From assembly GCA_041739995.1 (NCBI GenBank), contig JBGSMV010000070.1:1-36071 (forward strand): 36,071 bases of DNA. Direction: 5' to 3'. This document shows positions 19,697 through 29,557 of this stretch, in pieces (positions within the stretch are counted from its first letter, which is position 1; each line of letters begins with the position of its first letter). The stretch is from Bdellovibrionota bacterium (GTDB lineage: Bacteria; Bdellovibrionota_C; UBA2361; JBGSMV01). The position numbers and the translations under genes were made by a program. Under the pieces are notes generated by a model, which was not told the DNA's origin, searched no databases, and was given only the letters and a program-made list of their open reading frames with translations.

Positions 19697-19951
19697 AGCC
19701 TCCTTGTAGAATATGCCCTAGACGGTTCTGGACCGTTAGGCCCAAAAACAGTTGATAGGGCGGTCGAAACACGCCACTATCTCACCTGATTTCGGATTCG
19801 CCACCATCTTATTAGAGGTGGCGCTCGCATACAGGCGGTTGGATTTGCTAATCGCCCCAGTAGTGCTTGAGAAGACTTGCTTAATTTAATACCGCGCAGT
19901 TTTGGTACAGTGCGGGTCGAATACAGCGCAGATTTGAAAAAAGGAGAATGC

Positions 19952-21367
19952 ATGAAGCCAAAAATTGGACTGATTGGTCTAGCAGTAATGGGGTCAAACC
20001 TTGCGCGTAATATTGAGAGTCGCGGGTACCCGATAGCGGTGTTTAACCGAAAGGGCGAGGTTACTGACAAGTTCATGGCTGACTTTGGGAAGACCGCCGG
20101 TAAAGCCGGAGGCTCTTTTGTTCCCTCAAAGACTTTGTCTGAATTCGTTCAATCAATGGAGTCGCCGCGTCAGATTATCATGCTGATTCAAGCAGGCCCG
20201 GCCGTTGACGAAGTTATCAATCAACTTACCCCCTTGCTGCAGAAAGGGGACATCATCATTGACGGCGGCAACTCGAATTTCAAAGATACCGAACGACGCG
20301 ACGCACAACTTCGCTCGGTAGGACTTTCTTTCATCGGCCTTGGAGTGTCCGGTGGAGAAGAGGGCGCTCTTAACGGGCCCAGCCTTATGCCAGGCGGTCC
20401 GCGTGATGCTTGGGAGAAGCTTGCTCCGATGCTTGAAAAGATCGCAGCTCAGGTTGATGGACCCTGCACTACGTACATCGGACCAGGAGGCTCAGGCCAC
20501 TTCGTGAAGACCGTGCACAATGGGATTGAGTACGGAGACATGCAGCTCATCGCGGAAGCCTATCATCTGCTTCGCGGCGTGCTCGGACTTGAACCTGAGC
20601 AGCTTGCAAATACTTTCGACAAATGGAACAGCGGAGTCCTTTCATCATTTCTGATTGAAATCACGGGAAAAGTCCTACGTCGCAAAGATGACATGGGTTC
20701 GGGCTACCTGGTTGATTCCATCTTGGATAAGGCGGGTCAAAAGGGCACTGGTCGCTGGACGGCGCTAGAAGCTCTCGATCTTGGGGTGCCAATTCCAACT
20801 CTCGCTGCCGCGGTGGACGCCAGAGTGTTGAGCTCTATGAAATCAGAGCGGCAATCTGCAGCCAAAGTATTTTCGCCACCAGCCGTGGGTCCATTCAAAG
20901 GTACGTCTGATGAATTCGTAAAGCTGGTTCACGACGCGTTGTATGCGTCGAAAATCATCGCCTACGCACAAGGAATGGCGCTCTTAGGCGCCGCTTCAAA
21001 GCAGTATAAGTGGGATCTGAAATTAGGTGCCATTGCCGCGATATGGAAGGGCGGTTGCATCATCCGCGCAAGGTTCCTGGACGAAATTCGAAAGGCATAC
21101 GGGGACAACCCAGAGCTCGCGAACCTAATCCTCGATCCGGGCATGAAGCGCGAAGTCGAAAACAGCATTCCTGCGCTAAGAAAGGTGCTTCAGATTGCCG
21201 CAGAGCGCGGAATTCCTGCGCCGGCTTTCTATTCGTCGCTCAGCTACTTTGACAGCTATCGTAGCGCGGACTTGCCTCAGAACTTGACTCAGGCCCAGAG
21301 AGACTTCTTTGGTGCGCATACGTTTGAGCGTAAAGATAAGCCAGGAACGTTTCATGCGCAGTGGTAG
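19952..21367 (+). CDS. gnd: 6-phosphogluconate dehydrogenase, NADP-dependent, decarboxylating
   Basis: GLAVMG.NLA.N, DGGNS, VSGGEEGA, HNGIEYGDMQ, QKGTG, QAQRDFFGAH. RBS AAGGAG before ATG 19952. Confidence 0.98.
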   Translation: MKPKIGLIGLAVMGSNLARNIESRGYPIAVFNRKGEVTDKFMADFGKTAGKAGGSFVPSKTLSEFVQSMESPRQIIMLIQAGPAVDEVINQLTPLLQKGDIIIDGGNSNFKDTERRDAQLRSVGLSFIGLGVSGGEEGALNGPSLMPGGPRDAWEKLAPMLEKIAAQVDGPCTTYIGPGGSGHFVKTVHNGIEYGDMQLIAEAYHLLRGVLGLEPEQLANTFDKWNSGVLSSFLIEITGKVLRRKDDMGSGYLVDSILDKAGQKGTGRWTALEALDLGVPIPTLAAAVDARVLSSMKSERQSAAKVFSPPAVGPFKGTSDEFVKLVHDALYASKIIAYAQGMALLGAASKQYKWDLKLGAIAAIWKGGCIIRARFLDEIRKAYGDNPELANLILDPGMKREVENSIPALRKVLQIAAERGIPAPAFYSSLSYFDSYRSADLPQNLTQAQRDFFGAHTFERKDKPGTFHAQW

Positions 21368-21394
21368 CCGTTCTCTGAGCTAGAAGTTCACTTA

Positions 21395-21480
21395 GGTAAC
21401 TTTCTCGCTGCTCTCGCTTAGCTCATTGTGTAATAGATTAGATATTCACAAAGAGGTCAGTGAGCGCAGCGAGAATTGCT
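21395..21480. other. Long imperfect hairpin downstream of gnd (possible terminator or stabiliser)
   Basis: TTCTCGCTGC (21402-21411) pairs perfectly with GCAGCGAGAA (21466-21475); pairing continues inward imperfectly via CTC-A-TTGTG-T-AATA / TATT-CACAA-A-GAG. Confidence 0.65.
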
Positions 21481-21873
21481 CACGAACCCCATACTCTGGG
21501 CTACTAACCTGGAGGCCCCGAGCGTCCTATCTCCTTGGGCTCTATCGTTGCCTGGCCTAGGAAACGCCGATTTGAGTCGTTTTTATTGGTACCCTTGAGG
21601 ACTGCTCCTAGATAGAGCCGCCTAGAGCGCACCTCCAACCTATGAAAATGTCGGATAAATCAGCTTAACTTGCCTCCGAGTGCCTTTAAGTGCTAGTAAT
21701 TGCTCGTCGATCCGCCCCCAAACGCAAGGGCGCTCCGAAAGCCGTTCCGCGCGATAAGTCCTTTGGTGACAGAGTCAGCGTACGAGCATTTCAGGGGTGC
21801 ACATTTCCTCTTTCTTGCGTTGGGACTTCCTCACACATTTTGTGTTTGGGTTGGCGCTCCGTTGGAGCGGTCG

Positions 21874-21914
21874 GTGAGAATCGCGCAGTGAGAATCGCGC
21901 AGTGAGAATCGCGC
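21874..21914 (+). repeat. 14-bp tandem repeat, about 3 copies (GTGAGAATCGCGCA)
   Basis: Copies at 21874, 21888 and 21902, directly upstream of rimP. Confidence 0.95.
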
Positions 21915-21953
21915 GGACGTGAGTGGCGCAGTTAAGCGGCACGGTCGCGTCGA

Positions 21954-22922
21954 ATGCAGAAATTGATGAGAACGATGAGTAACGCAGAGCCAGCAGAACA
22001 GGCCGTAGAATGGACCGCCAGCGAGGGTGATCCCTCAGCGCGGGTTACTTCTGGCGCACCAAGTGCGCGGGCTGGCGATCGACCTGCGAGCAGTGGTTCC
22101 AGGCGCGTGCGCCTATGGGACGTCTTTGCTGAGCAAGTCGCACTCTGTGGCTCTGAGCTATTTGATATTGAAGTGCCTTCTTCCATGAAGGGCACCATTC
22201 GCATTTTCATCGCTAAGCAGCCTGGGTCAGTATCGGCCAGTTCAACCAGTTCGAAGGATGGCAGTTCGAAGGATGTGAACCCACAAGATTCCTGTATTCC
22301 AGCGGAGCAGACCGACCAACCTGATGGCTGCCAACCAGAGGGCAGTCAACCACAGGGCAGTCAACTTGAGGGCAGTACCGAGAGTAGTGACACAAGCGAA
22401 GTATCTGCAGTAGAGGATCAGGACGTTCCTCAACAAGTATCGCAACAAGGCGTTTCCCTCCAAGATTGCACTCGCGTAAGCAAGCATCTTTCCGTTTTCA
22501 TGGACTCTGAGGAAGGAAAGCGACTTGGACTATCTACGGAACAATGGAATCTCGAAGTTTCAAGCCCTGGAATCAATCGGGTCCTCAAACGCCCAGAGCA
22601 TTTTGACAATGCAGTGGGCGAGCGACTTTCCGTTCGCTTTGCGGTTGAGACTGCCGAATTCACAGTCAATCTGCCTCCCGAAGGAGCAGGTCGAATTACC
22701 CCTAAAAAGCGCCCGAAGAAGCGCGGGAACAAACTTAGCCTTGAACAGAAGGCACAAAAGGAAATCGAGCGAATAAAGAAGAAGCAGGTTGCTACCGGAG
22801 TACTACAGCAGTGCACACCTGAGTTCCTGACTCTTGAATCAGACGATCTTAGTTTAATGGTAAAAATTCCTCGTAGTGCGGTAGCGCACGCACGGGTAGA
22901 TTTTTTGTTCGAGCAACGTTGA
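21954..22922 (+). CDS. rimP: Ribosome maturation factor RimP, enlarged by insertions (start uncertain)
   Basis: LFDIE, IRIFI, GVSLQDC..VS, LEVSSPGINR.L..P.HF...VG; position directly before nusA. Confidence 0.88.
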   Translation: MQKLMRTMSNAEPAEQAVEWTASEGDPSARVTSGAPSARAGDRPASSGSRRVRLWDVFAEQVALCGSELFDIEVPSSMKGTIRIFIAKQPGSVSASSTSSKDGSSKDVNPQDSCIPAEQTDQPDGCQPEGSQPQGSQLEGSTESSDTSEVSAVEDQDVPQQVSQQGVSLQDCTRVSKHLSVFMDSEEGKRLGLSTEQWNLEVSSPGINRVLKRPEHFDNAVGERLSVRFAVETAEFTVNLPPEGAGRITPKKRPKKRGNKLSLEQKAQKEIERIKKKQVATGVLQQCTPEFLTLESDDLSLMVKIPRSAVAHARVDFLFEQR

Positions 22923-22935
22923 GAGAATATCGCGT

Positions 22936-24489
22936 ATGTCAAATGCAATTGATCTGAATGCAATCTTGGGACAAATCGGTCGCGACAAGGGAATCGATCG
23001 CGCCATCCTGGTGGAAGCAATCGAGTCGGCCATGTTGTCGGCGGCGCGCAAGCACTTTGGACACAATCTAAACCTTGAAGCCTCGTTCAATGACGAGTCT
23101 GGCGAGATTGAAGTTGTTCAGTTCAAGACCGTTGTTGAAAAAGTTGAAGATTCAGCAGTTCAAGTATCCCTGGCCGAAGCCCGAGCATCCTTCGATCCAG
23201 ACGCGATTGTCGGGGATGAGCTTGGTAAGAAACTCGAGACCGAGCCGCTGGGGCGCATCGCCGCACAGACTGCCAAGCAAGTGATCATCCAAAAAGTTCG
23301 AGATGCCGAGCGCGGCGTTATCTTCGAAGAGTACAAGAACTCGAAAGGAGAACTCATTAACGGTATCGTGCAGCGTTATGATCGCGGCAACGTGATCGTG
23401 AACCTAGGACGAACGGAAGCCATTCTCCCGAAGCGCGAACAAATCATGCGTGAGCGTTATCGGCAGGGCGACCGCATTCGTGGCATGATTCTCGATATAG
23501 ACAGAACCGCACGCGGACCACAGATTGTGCTGACCCGCAGCCATCCTGATTTCCTCAAGAAGCTCTTCGGGCTTGAGGTACCAGAAATTTCAGAAAATAT
23601 CGTTGAGATCAAAGCCGTCGCCCGTGAACCAGGTGAGCGCGCTAAGATTGCAGTATATTCAAACGACACAAGCGTAGACCCCGTTGGCGCATGCGTCGGC
23701 ATCAAAGGCTCTCGCGTACAAGCGGTGGTTCAAGAACTGCGTGGCGAAAGAATTGATATCGTAACCTGGACTCAAGACGAACCTTCGTTTGTGGCCCGGT
23801 CACTCTCCCCAGCTGAAGTCAGCCGTGTGGTGGTGGATGAAGATGAACACGCAATCGAAGTTATCGTTCCGGACGATCAGCTCTCTCTTGCGATTGGTCG
23901 CCGTGGTCAAAACGTCAAGCTCGCAAGCAAGCTTACCGGCTGGCGCATTGATGTAAGAAGCGTCTCCGTGGCTGAAGATGAAACCAAGCGCGCGCGCACT
24001 TCTCTTGAAGCCATTCCGGGAATTTCTTTCGACCAAGTTGAGCTTCTTTTTCAACATGGATACCGCAGCATTCAACAAGTCGCAGAGACCGCGCTGGAAG
24101 AGCTTATGGAAGTTGAGGGACTTACCGCAGAGCTCGCTTCTGAGATGCTCCAGCACGCCAAGGAGCGCTCGGTTCAACTGGCTGAGGAGGAAGCAAAGGC
24201 TATTCTCGCCGCCGGTGGCAAAATTCCAACCGATCTTGATCGGCTTATGATTCCAGAAGAGCTGAAAGCCAAGCTTCTTGCCGGAGGCCTGGTTACCATT
24301 CAGAGCCTTGTTTCCGCAGAGAATGATGAGCTGCTAAAAGTTCCAGGAATAAATGACATCGATATTGACCTAGTGAAGTCTGCGACCGACGAATTCTTCA
24401 GAACGACAAATCGTTCTGGGCCGGATTCTGGTCGTGGAGAGAGAGGTGATTTTAGACCGAGCGATGCCCGCTCGTCTGAGCCGCGTTAG
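22936..24489 (+). CDS. nusA: Transcription termination/antitermination factor NusA
   Basis: GRIAAQTAKQVI.QK.R.AER, S1 and KH domains (DPVGACVG, AIGRRGQNVKLA), C-terminal acidic HhH-like repeats. Confidence 0.98.
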   Translation: MSNAIDLNAILGQIGRDKGIDRAILVEAIESAMLSAARKHFGHNLNLEASFNDESGEIEVVQFKTVVEKVEDSAVQVSLAEARASFDPDAIVGDELGKKLETEPLGRIAAQTAKQVIIQKVRDAERGVIFEEYKNSKGELINGIVQRYDRGNVIVNLGRTEAILPKREQIMRERYRQGDRIRGMILDIDRTARGPQIVLTRSHPDFLKKLFGLEVPEISENIVEIKAVAREPGERAKIAVYSNDTSVDPVGACVGIKGSRVQAVVQELRGERIDIVTWTQDEPSFVARSLSPAEVSRVVVDEDEHAIEVIVPDDQLSLAIGRRGQNVKLASKLTGWRIDVRSVSVAEDETKRARTSLEAIPGISFDQVELLFQHGYRSIQQVAETALEELMEVEGLTAELASEMLQHAKERSVQLAEEEAKAILAAGGKIPTDLDRLMIPEELKAKLLAGGLVTIQSLVSAENDELLKVPGINDIDIDLVKSATDEFFRTTNRSGPDSGRGERGDFRPSDARSSEPR

Positions 24490-24537
24490 CGGACTCGGAG
24501 ATGGAGCAGAGGCTTTTCGCACGAGAGAGGAACGAAA

Positions 24538-25350
24538 GTGAGCATGGCGCAGGAAGCTGCTACAGAACAGCGCGCACGAGAGCAGCGCACTCGAACTTGC
24601 ATTGGATGCAAGCAGCGCACTGATCCATCTTCGCTTGTACGCCTTTCCCTGGAAGTGCTGAACGATTCCGTCAAGACGGGGGCTCAAGCCTCGAATACAT
24701 CTTCAGTCGGTTCCCCCTCGACGGCTGCCATCTCAGAAACCACTTCGACCTGTGGTAGCGTGCCTGCTGGCTTTGCTTTGAGCTGGCCTCCTCGGCTAAC
24801 GCTCCTCGCTCCGGCACTCCTCGTTCCGGCGCCCCTCGATCCGGGTCTTCTCGATCCAGAAAGAGCGAAGCCAAAAGATGGGCTCGCCTTGGGACCGGTC
24901 CTCGGAAGAGGCGCCTACATACACCGCTCACTTGAATGTTTCTTAAAAGCACAGCGCGGCAACGCGCTAGAGCACGCTTTTCGACTTCCACGCGGAGCCT
25001 TGCGGGAAAACGGCGGGGCTTTGCGCGAATTCAGGGAAGCGCGAGCGGAGAATAAAGGGCAGAACTCCATTAGTTCTCGCGGCGGGCCATACGGCGGTCG
25101 TCACGCACTTTCGATACTCTGGGATAGTTTACTAAACGAAACTGGACTCGCCCCGGCGGTCAGCTCTCGCGCACCCGCAAGACATGGCTCTCACCAGAAA
25201 TCTGGTTCCGGATCAGCCGGGAGCCCGCTCGGCGCCATGCCGGGACGAAGTTTCGCAAAGTCTCAAACCCGCCCCAATGGAGGTTCGGGTACTCCCAATC
25301 GTGGGATAGATACTAAATTTCATAAAAGATTAACGAGCAAACCAGTATGA
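24538..25350 (+). CDS. ylxR: YlxR/RnpM (DUF448) family protein with large insertion and C-terminal extension
   Basis: RTCIGC...LVR, GRGAYI....C, L..AFR; located between nusA and infB. Confidence 0.8.
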   Translation: MSMAQEAATEQRAREQRTRTCIGCKQRTDPSSLVRLSLEVLNDSVKTGAQASNTSSVGSPSTAAISETTSTCGSVPAGFALSWPPRLTLLAPALLVPAPLDPGLLDPERAKPKDGLALGPVLGRGAYIHRSLECFLKAQRGNALEHAFRLPRGALRENGGALREFREARAENKGQNSISSRGGPYGGRHALSILWDSLLNETGLAPAVSSRAPARHGSHQKSGSGSAGSPLGAMPGRSFAKSQTRPNGGSGTPNRGIDTKFHKRLTSKPV

Positions 25351-28112
25351 GCAAAATTAGAATTTACGAGCTCGCCAGAGAGCTTGGACTAGAGAACAAG
25401 GCGATAATCGCAATGGCTGCCCAAGCGGGAGTCTCGGGGAAGCTTTCGCACTCAAGTTCCCTCGAGTCGGATGAGGCGGAACAGATTCGGCGCTCCGCTA
25501 TTCGTTCAACAGTTGGATCTGGCTCTGAGGAGTCAAACTCTTCCGAACAGAGCGAGACGGTCACCACTCGACTCGACAAGTCGACCGGCGAGACGCAAGC
25601 AGTCGTTGAACGTCGTACCGGAAATGTGATTCGTCGCCGACGCACCACAGATGCGGCCACCATCGCCTCCGCAGAAGACGGCACCGATCCTCAAGTATCA
25701 CCCGAGGCCTCTGAATCCTCGGAGGAGTCTGCGGTTGAAGCGTCGGCCGTGGAGGCATCCGCCGCAGAAGGCGCGCCAGCAGAGATAGCCGCTGAAGCCG
25801 CTTTCACTCAAGTCGAAGCCTCAGCAACGAACGTTGCTCAGGAGAGTTCCACAGCAGCGGGCTCGACGGTGGCGCCTGCTCGAGCAGGCCCGCGTGTGCT
25901 TGGACGCCTAGAGAAACCAGAGCCCGCTAAGCCCGTCCTTGCTAAATCAGGACTGAATGATGCTGCTCGTGAATTTTCCGCACGCCTCGGCGAGAGCGCT
26001 TCTGCGGTGGGCGTACATACAGTCGCCGCTTCCGAACCTAGAAAAGCTGCCGGTCCGCGTGTGCTCGGAAAGATTGAATTACCTCAGCCGCGCGTCGCTC
26101 CGACAAGCAGTCGCTCGGACTCTGGGCGCCCAATCGCGGGTAAGGTAGTGACTGCAGCCCGAGACGAGGAGGAAGAAGGTGGCAAAGGTAGTGGCGCCCG
26201 AAAGAAGGGCAGGAAGCGCGAGATTGACCGTCGCGAACTCGTTGATTACGAGGGTCGCGAACCGCGCCGAGCAGGCGGACGTCAGGGTCCTCGACGTAAA
26301 GAGGTGGATCCTGAGCGTCAAGCAGCAATTGAGGCCAGCAAACCGAAGGCTTCCAAGCGTGTAGTAAAACTTGATGAGTTCATCACCGTTGGCGAACTCG
26401 CCAAGCAAATGAGCTTAAAGGCTGGAGAGATCATCGCGAAGCTTATGCAGCTCGGAATAATGGCCACCATTAATCAGGCGATTGATGCGGACACCGCGAC
26501 TGTTATCGCGGAGGAGTTCGAGTTTCAGGTAGAGCGAACCACCTTCATTGAATCCGACATTCTTGAAGACACGACGCCCGAGGATCCCGGACAGCAGCTC
26601 CCACGAGCGCCAGTGGTAACGGTGATGGGACACGTGGATCACGGGAAGACCTCTTTGCTGGACGCGCTCCGTCAGACCACCGTTGCTGAACGCGAGCACG
26701 GCGGAATTACGCAACACATCGGTGCCTACCAAGTGCCGGTAGAAGGTCGCGGAATGGTGACCTTCATTGACACTCCGGGCCATGCCGCTTTCACCGCAAT
26801 GCGCGCACGTGGCGCAAAGGTTACCGACATCGTCATTTTGGTAGTCGCTGCCGATGATGGCGTAATGCCTCAGACACTCGAGGCCGTGAGCCATGCGAAG
26901 GCAGCAGCGGTACCGATCATTGTCGCGGTAAACAAGTGCGACAAGCAGGACGCCAACCCTGACCGTATTAAGCAGCAGCTTTCGGACCATGGTCTCTCCC
27001 CTGAAGATTGGGGTGGAGACACGATGTACTACAAAGTCTCCGCGCTAAAGAAGCAGGGTCTCAAGGAGTTGCTTGAGGGCATTATGCTTCAAGCCGAAGT
27101 AAAGGAACTCAAGGCCAATCCGGATCGACGTGCGCGTGGAACTCTAATCGAGTCACGCCAAGACAAAGGGCGCGGCACCGTAGCGACAGCTCTTATCCAA
27201 AACGGCACTCTGCGAGTTGGTGATGTGTTTATCGCCGGGGCCGAGTATGGACGAGTACGCTCGATGGTCGGCGCCGACGGCGCTGCCATGACAGAGGCTG
27301 GCCCTTCAGTACCAGTGGAGATTACTGGATTTACCGGAGTTCCAGAAGCAGGGGACGATTTCTTCGTAGTTGAATCTGAGGCCAAAGCACGCGAAGTATT
27401 TGACGAACGTCGCGCAAAGAAAACACTGAAGGATCAACGCTCCGCCGCTGGCCCTATAAGCCTCGAGGAATTCTCTCGTCGTGCAAATAGTATCGTGCAA
27501 GCAGAGCTCAATATCGTCTTAAAGGCTGACGTTCACGGATCGCTTGAGGCTGTAACAGACGCGATAGAGCAACTCAGCACGGAGAAGGTGAAGGTAAGAG
27601 TTCTTCACTCTGCCGTGGGTGGAATCACTGAGAACGACATACAGCTCGCGGTCGCATCAAGGGCCATTGTGGTCGGATTCGGTGTGCGCGCAGAAGCTCG
27701 CGCTCAAGCTGAGGCTGAAAGTATCGGCATTGAACTGCGTTTCTATCGCATTATTTACGAGCTCCTAGACGATGTGAAGAAGGCCATGGTCGGATTGCTG
27801 GCGCCAGTGAAGGAAGAGCACCGCACTGGGCGTGTGGAAGTACGTGAAACATTCAACGTTCCAAAAATGGGAACTGTTGCGGGTTGCTATGTACTCGACG
27901 GCATGGTTCGCCGAGGAGCATTCGTCAGACTATTACGTGACAGCAAAGTTGTGCACGAAGGAAAGATGGCCTCGCTACGTCGTTTTAAGGATGACGTACG
28001 TGAAGTGCAGAGCGGTTATGAGTGCGGTGTGATGCTAGAAAATTACAACGACGTTAAGCCGGGCGACCAGTTTGAAGTATTTGAAGTGAAGGAGGTAGCG
28101 GCTACTCTCTAG
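25347..28112 (+). CDS. infB: Translation initiation factor IF-2
   Basis: [53 protein letters not shown]. Confidence 0.99.
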   Translation: MSKIRIYELARELGLENKAIIAMAAQAGVSGKLSHSSSLESDEAEQIRRSAIRSTVGSGSEESNSSEQSETVTTRLDKSTGETQAVVERRTGNVIRRRRTTDAATIASAEDGTDPQVSPEASESSEESAVEASAVEASAAEGAPAEIAAEAAFTQVEASATNVAQESSTAAGSTVAPARAGPRVLGRLEKPEPAKPVLAKSGLNDAAREFSARLGESASAVGVHTVAASEPRKAAGPRVLGKIELPQPRVAPTSSRSDSGRPIAGKVVTAARDEEEEGGKGSGARKKGRKREIDRRELVDYEGREPRRAGGRQGPRRKEVDPERQAAIEASKPKASKRVVKLDEFITVGELAKQMSLKAGEIIAKLMQLGIMATINQAIDADTATVIAEEFEFQVERTTFIESDILEDTTPEDPGQQLPRAPVVTVMGHVDHGKTSLLDALRQTTVAEREHGGITQHIGAYQVPVEGRGMVTFIDTPGHAAFTAMRARGAKVTDIVILVVAADDGVMPQTLEAVSHAKAAAVPIIVAVNKCDKQDANPDRIKQQLSDHGLSPEDWGGDTMYYKVSALKKQGLKELLEGIMLQAEVKELKANPDRRARGTLIESRQDKGRGTVATALIQNGTLRVGDVFIAGAEYGRVRSMVGADGAAMTEAGPSVPVEITGFTGVPEAGDDFFVVESEAKAREVFDERRAKKTLKDQRSAAGPISLEEFSRRANSIVQAELNIVLKADVHGSLEAVTDAIEQLSTEKVKVRVLHSAVGGITENDIQLAVASRAIVVGFGVRAEARAQAEAESIGIELRFYRIIYELLDDVKKAMVGLLAPVKEEHRTGRVEVRETFNVPKMGTVAGCYVLDGMVRRGAFVRLLRDSKVVHEGKMASLRRFKDDVREVQSGYECGVMLENYNDVKPGDQFEVFEVKEVAATL

Positions 28113-28170
28113 TAGGCTAACGCGCCACTAGCCGGGCGCCGCCTACAAGTCGCAGTCGCTTTTAGTTGCC

Positions 28171-28554
28171 ATGACCGAACGTCGTCGTACTTTCAGGGTT
28201 TCCGAACGCATTAGAGAGCTTCTCGCCAACGAGTTGCAGCATCTTGCGGATCCGAGATTTTCACTTGTCACCATCACTAGCGTTATCACCAGTGCGGACT
28301 TGCGGCATGCCAAAGTCTATTGGGTGGTTTCAGATATCTCGGGCATTTCTTCCGAGGATAGGCGCGCAGAGGTTGCCAAGGCGTTCAGCAGTGCCGAAGG
28401 AACCCTGCGTCACCTACTGGCGAATGAACTCACCACCAGATTTGCTCCTGAGCTAAAGTTTTTCTATGACGACACATTTGATACCGTCGACCGAGTGGAG
28501 CAACTGCTTGCACGCGTAGCGGCGGAAGACCGTGTAAACGAGGATAAAAAGTAG
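28171..28554 (+). CDS. rbfA: Ribosome-binding factor A
   Basis: RV.E.I...L, DPR...VTIT.V..S.DL..AKVY, PELKF.YD; follows infB. Confidence 0.95.
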   Translation: MTERRRTFRVSERIRELLANELQHLADPRFSLVTITSVITSADLRHAKVYWVVSDISGISSEDRRAEVAKAFSSAEGTLRHLLANELTTRFAPELKFFYDDTFDTVDRVEQLLARVAAEDRVNEDKK

Positions 28555-28555
28555 A

Positions 28556-29557
28556 ATGGGAGATCGACCCGTCACCTCTCGTGCTTCCTTTCGCGCATCC
28601 TTGCCTCAAGCAACCGAAGCCATTCGGAAGGCCTCCTCTATCGCTATTTTAAGCCACTACAGCCCCGACCCAGATGCCTTCGGCTCGAGCTGTGGACTCG
28701 CGCTGGCCCTTCGTGCATCGGGTAAGACTGTTTCCATCATTAACCAGGACGGCCCTGTCGAGAAGCTCGCTTTCATTCCAGGAGCGAACACTATCTTGGC
28801 TTCGCTCAACGGCAATTTCGACCTTTTGATCGTGTGCGATTGCGGCGACATCAAGCGCGTCGGTGAATCTCTTGAAGATGCGGTGAAAGCACACCCGGCA
28901 GTCATCAATCTCGATCATCACGCTTCTAATGATTGTTTTGGTAATATTCATCTGCTCGATGAGACCGCCAGTTCGTCGGCCGAATTGGTACTCGAGCTGA
29001 TTGAGTTTCTGACAATCACTATAGATTCCTCGATAGCGACCGCGCTGCTATTTGGCATGGTGGCTGACACCGGAAGCTTTCGATATTCGAGCACCTCAGC
29101 GCACACACTCGAATCTGCCGCTCGCCTGGTGCGTCACGGTGCCAGTCTTCACAAAGTTTGTGATCAGCTTTTTTCTCAAGCCTCTCTCACTACTATTCGG
29201 CTGCATGCCGAGGTGCTCTCATCGCTGCGGCTGCTCGAAGACAGCAAGGTATGTGTACTAGTGGTGCCGCCGGAAATGGTTCAAAGACTTTCGGCCAGGT
29301 CAGAAGACTCTGAAGGCCTGGTGGAAAAGGGCAGGGACATTCAAGGTGTGCGCGTGAGTGCTCTCATTCGCTGGGTTGATGACCTCTGGCGCATAAGCCT
29401 GCGGTCAAGAGACCCGCGATGGGACGTTTCTGTCGTAGCGAAGGAGTTCGGTGGTGGAGGCCATAAGGCAGCGGCAGCATTTCGTTGGCGCAATTCTCTG
29501 CCTGAACTTGAAGCAAAGCTTTTGCCGCGGCTCTGCGAAGCAAGTAGGTCCGCGTGA
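28556..29557 (+). CDS. nrnA: DHH/DHHA1 phosphoesterase (NrnA-like oligoribonuclease/pAp phosphatase)
   Basis: H..PDPDA.GS, DCG, DHH, DTGSF, SLRS, GGGGH..AA. Confidence 0.92.
   Translation: MGDRPVTSRASFRASLPQATEAIRKASSIAILSHYSPDPDAFGSSCGLALALRASGKTVSIINQDGPVEKLAFIPGANTILASLNGNFDLLIVCDCGDIKRVGESLEDAVKAHPAVINLDHHASNDCFGNIHLLDETASSSAELVLELIEFLTITIDSSIATALLFGMVADTGSFRYSSTSAHTLESAARLVRHGASLHKVCDQLFSQASLTTIRLHAEVLSSLRLLEDSKVCVLVVPPEMVQRLSARSEDSEGLVEKGRDIQGVRVSALIRWVDDLWRISLRSRDPRWDVSVVAKEFGGGGHKAAAAFRWRNSLPELEAKLLPRLCEASRSA

Noticed and set aside
21874..21914. Possible CRISPR array
   Set aside because: Units are 14 bp, directly adjacent with no spacers, and no cas genes are present.
25884..26085. 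Duplicated AGPRVLG(R/K)(L/I)E motif in IF-2
   Set aside because: Similar repeated motifs occur in the variable N-terminal region of IF-2 in other bacteria; not treated as novel.
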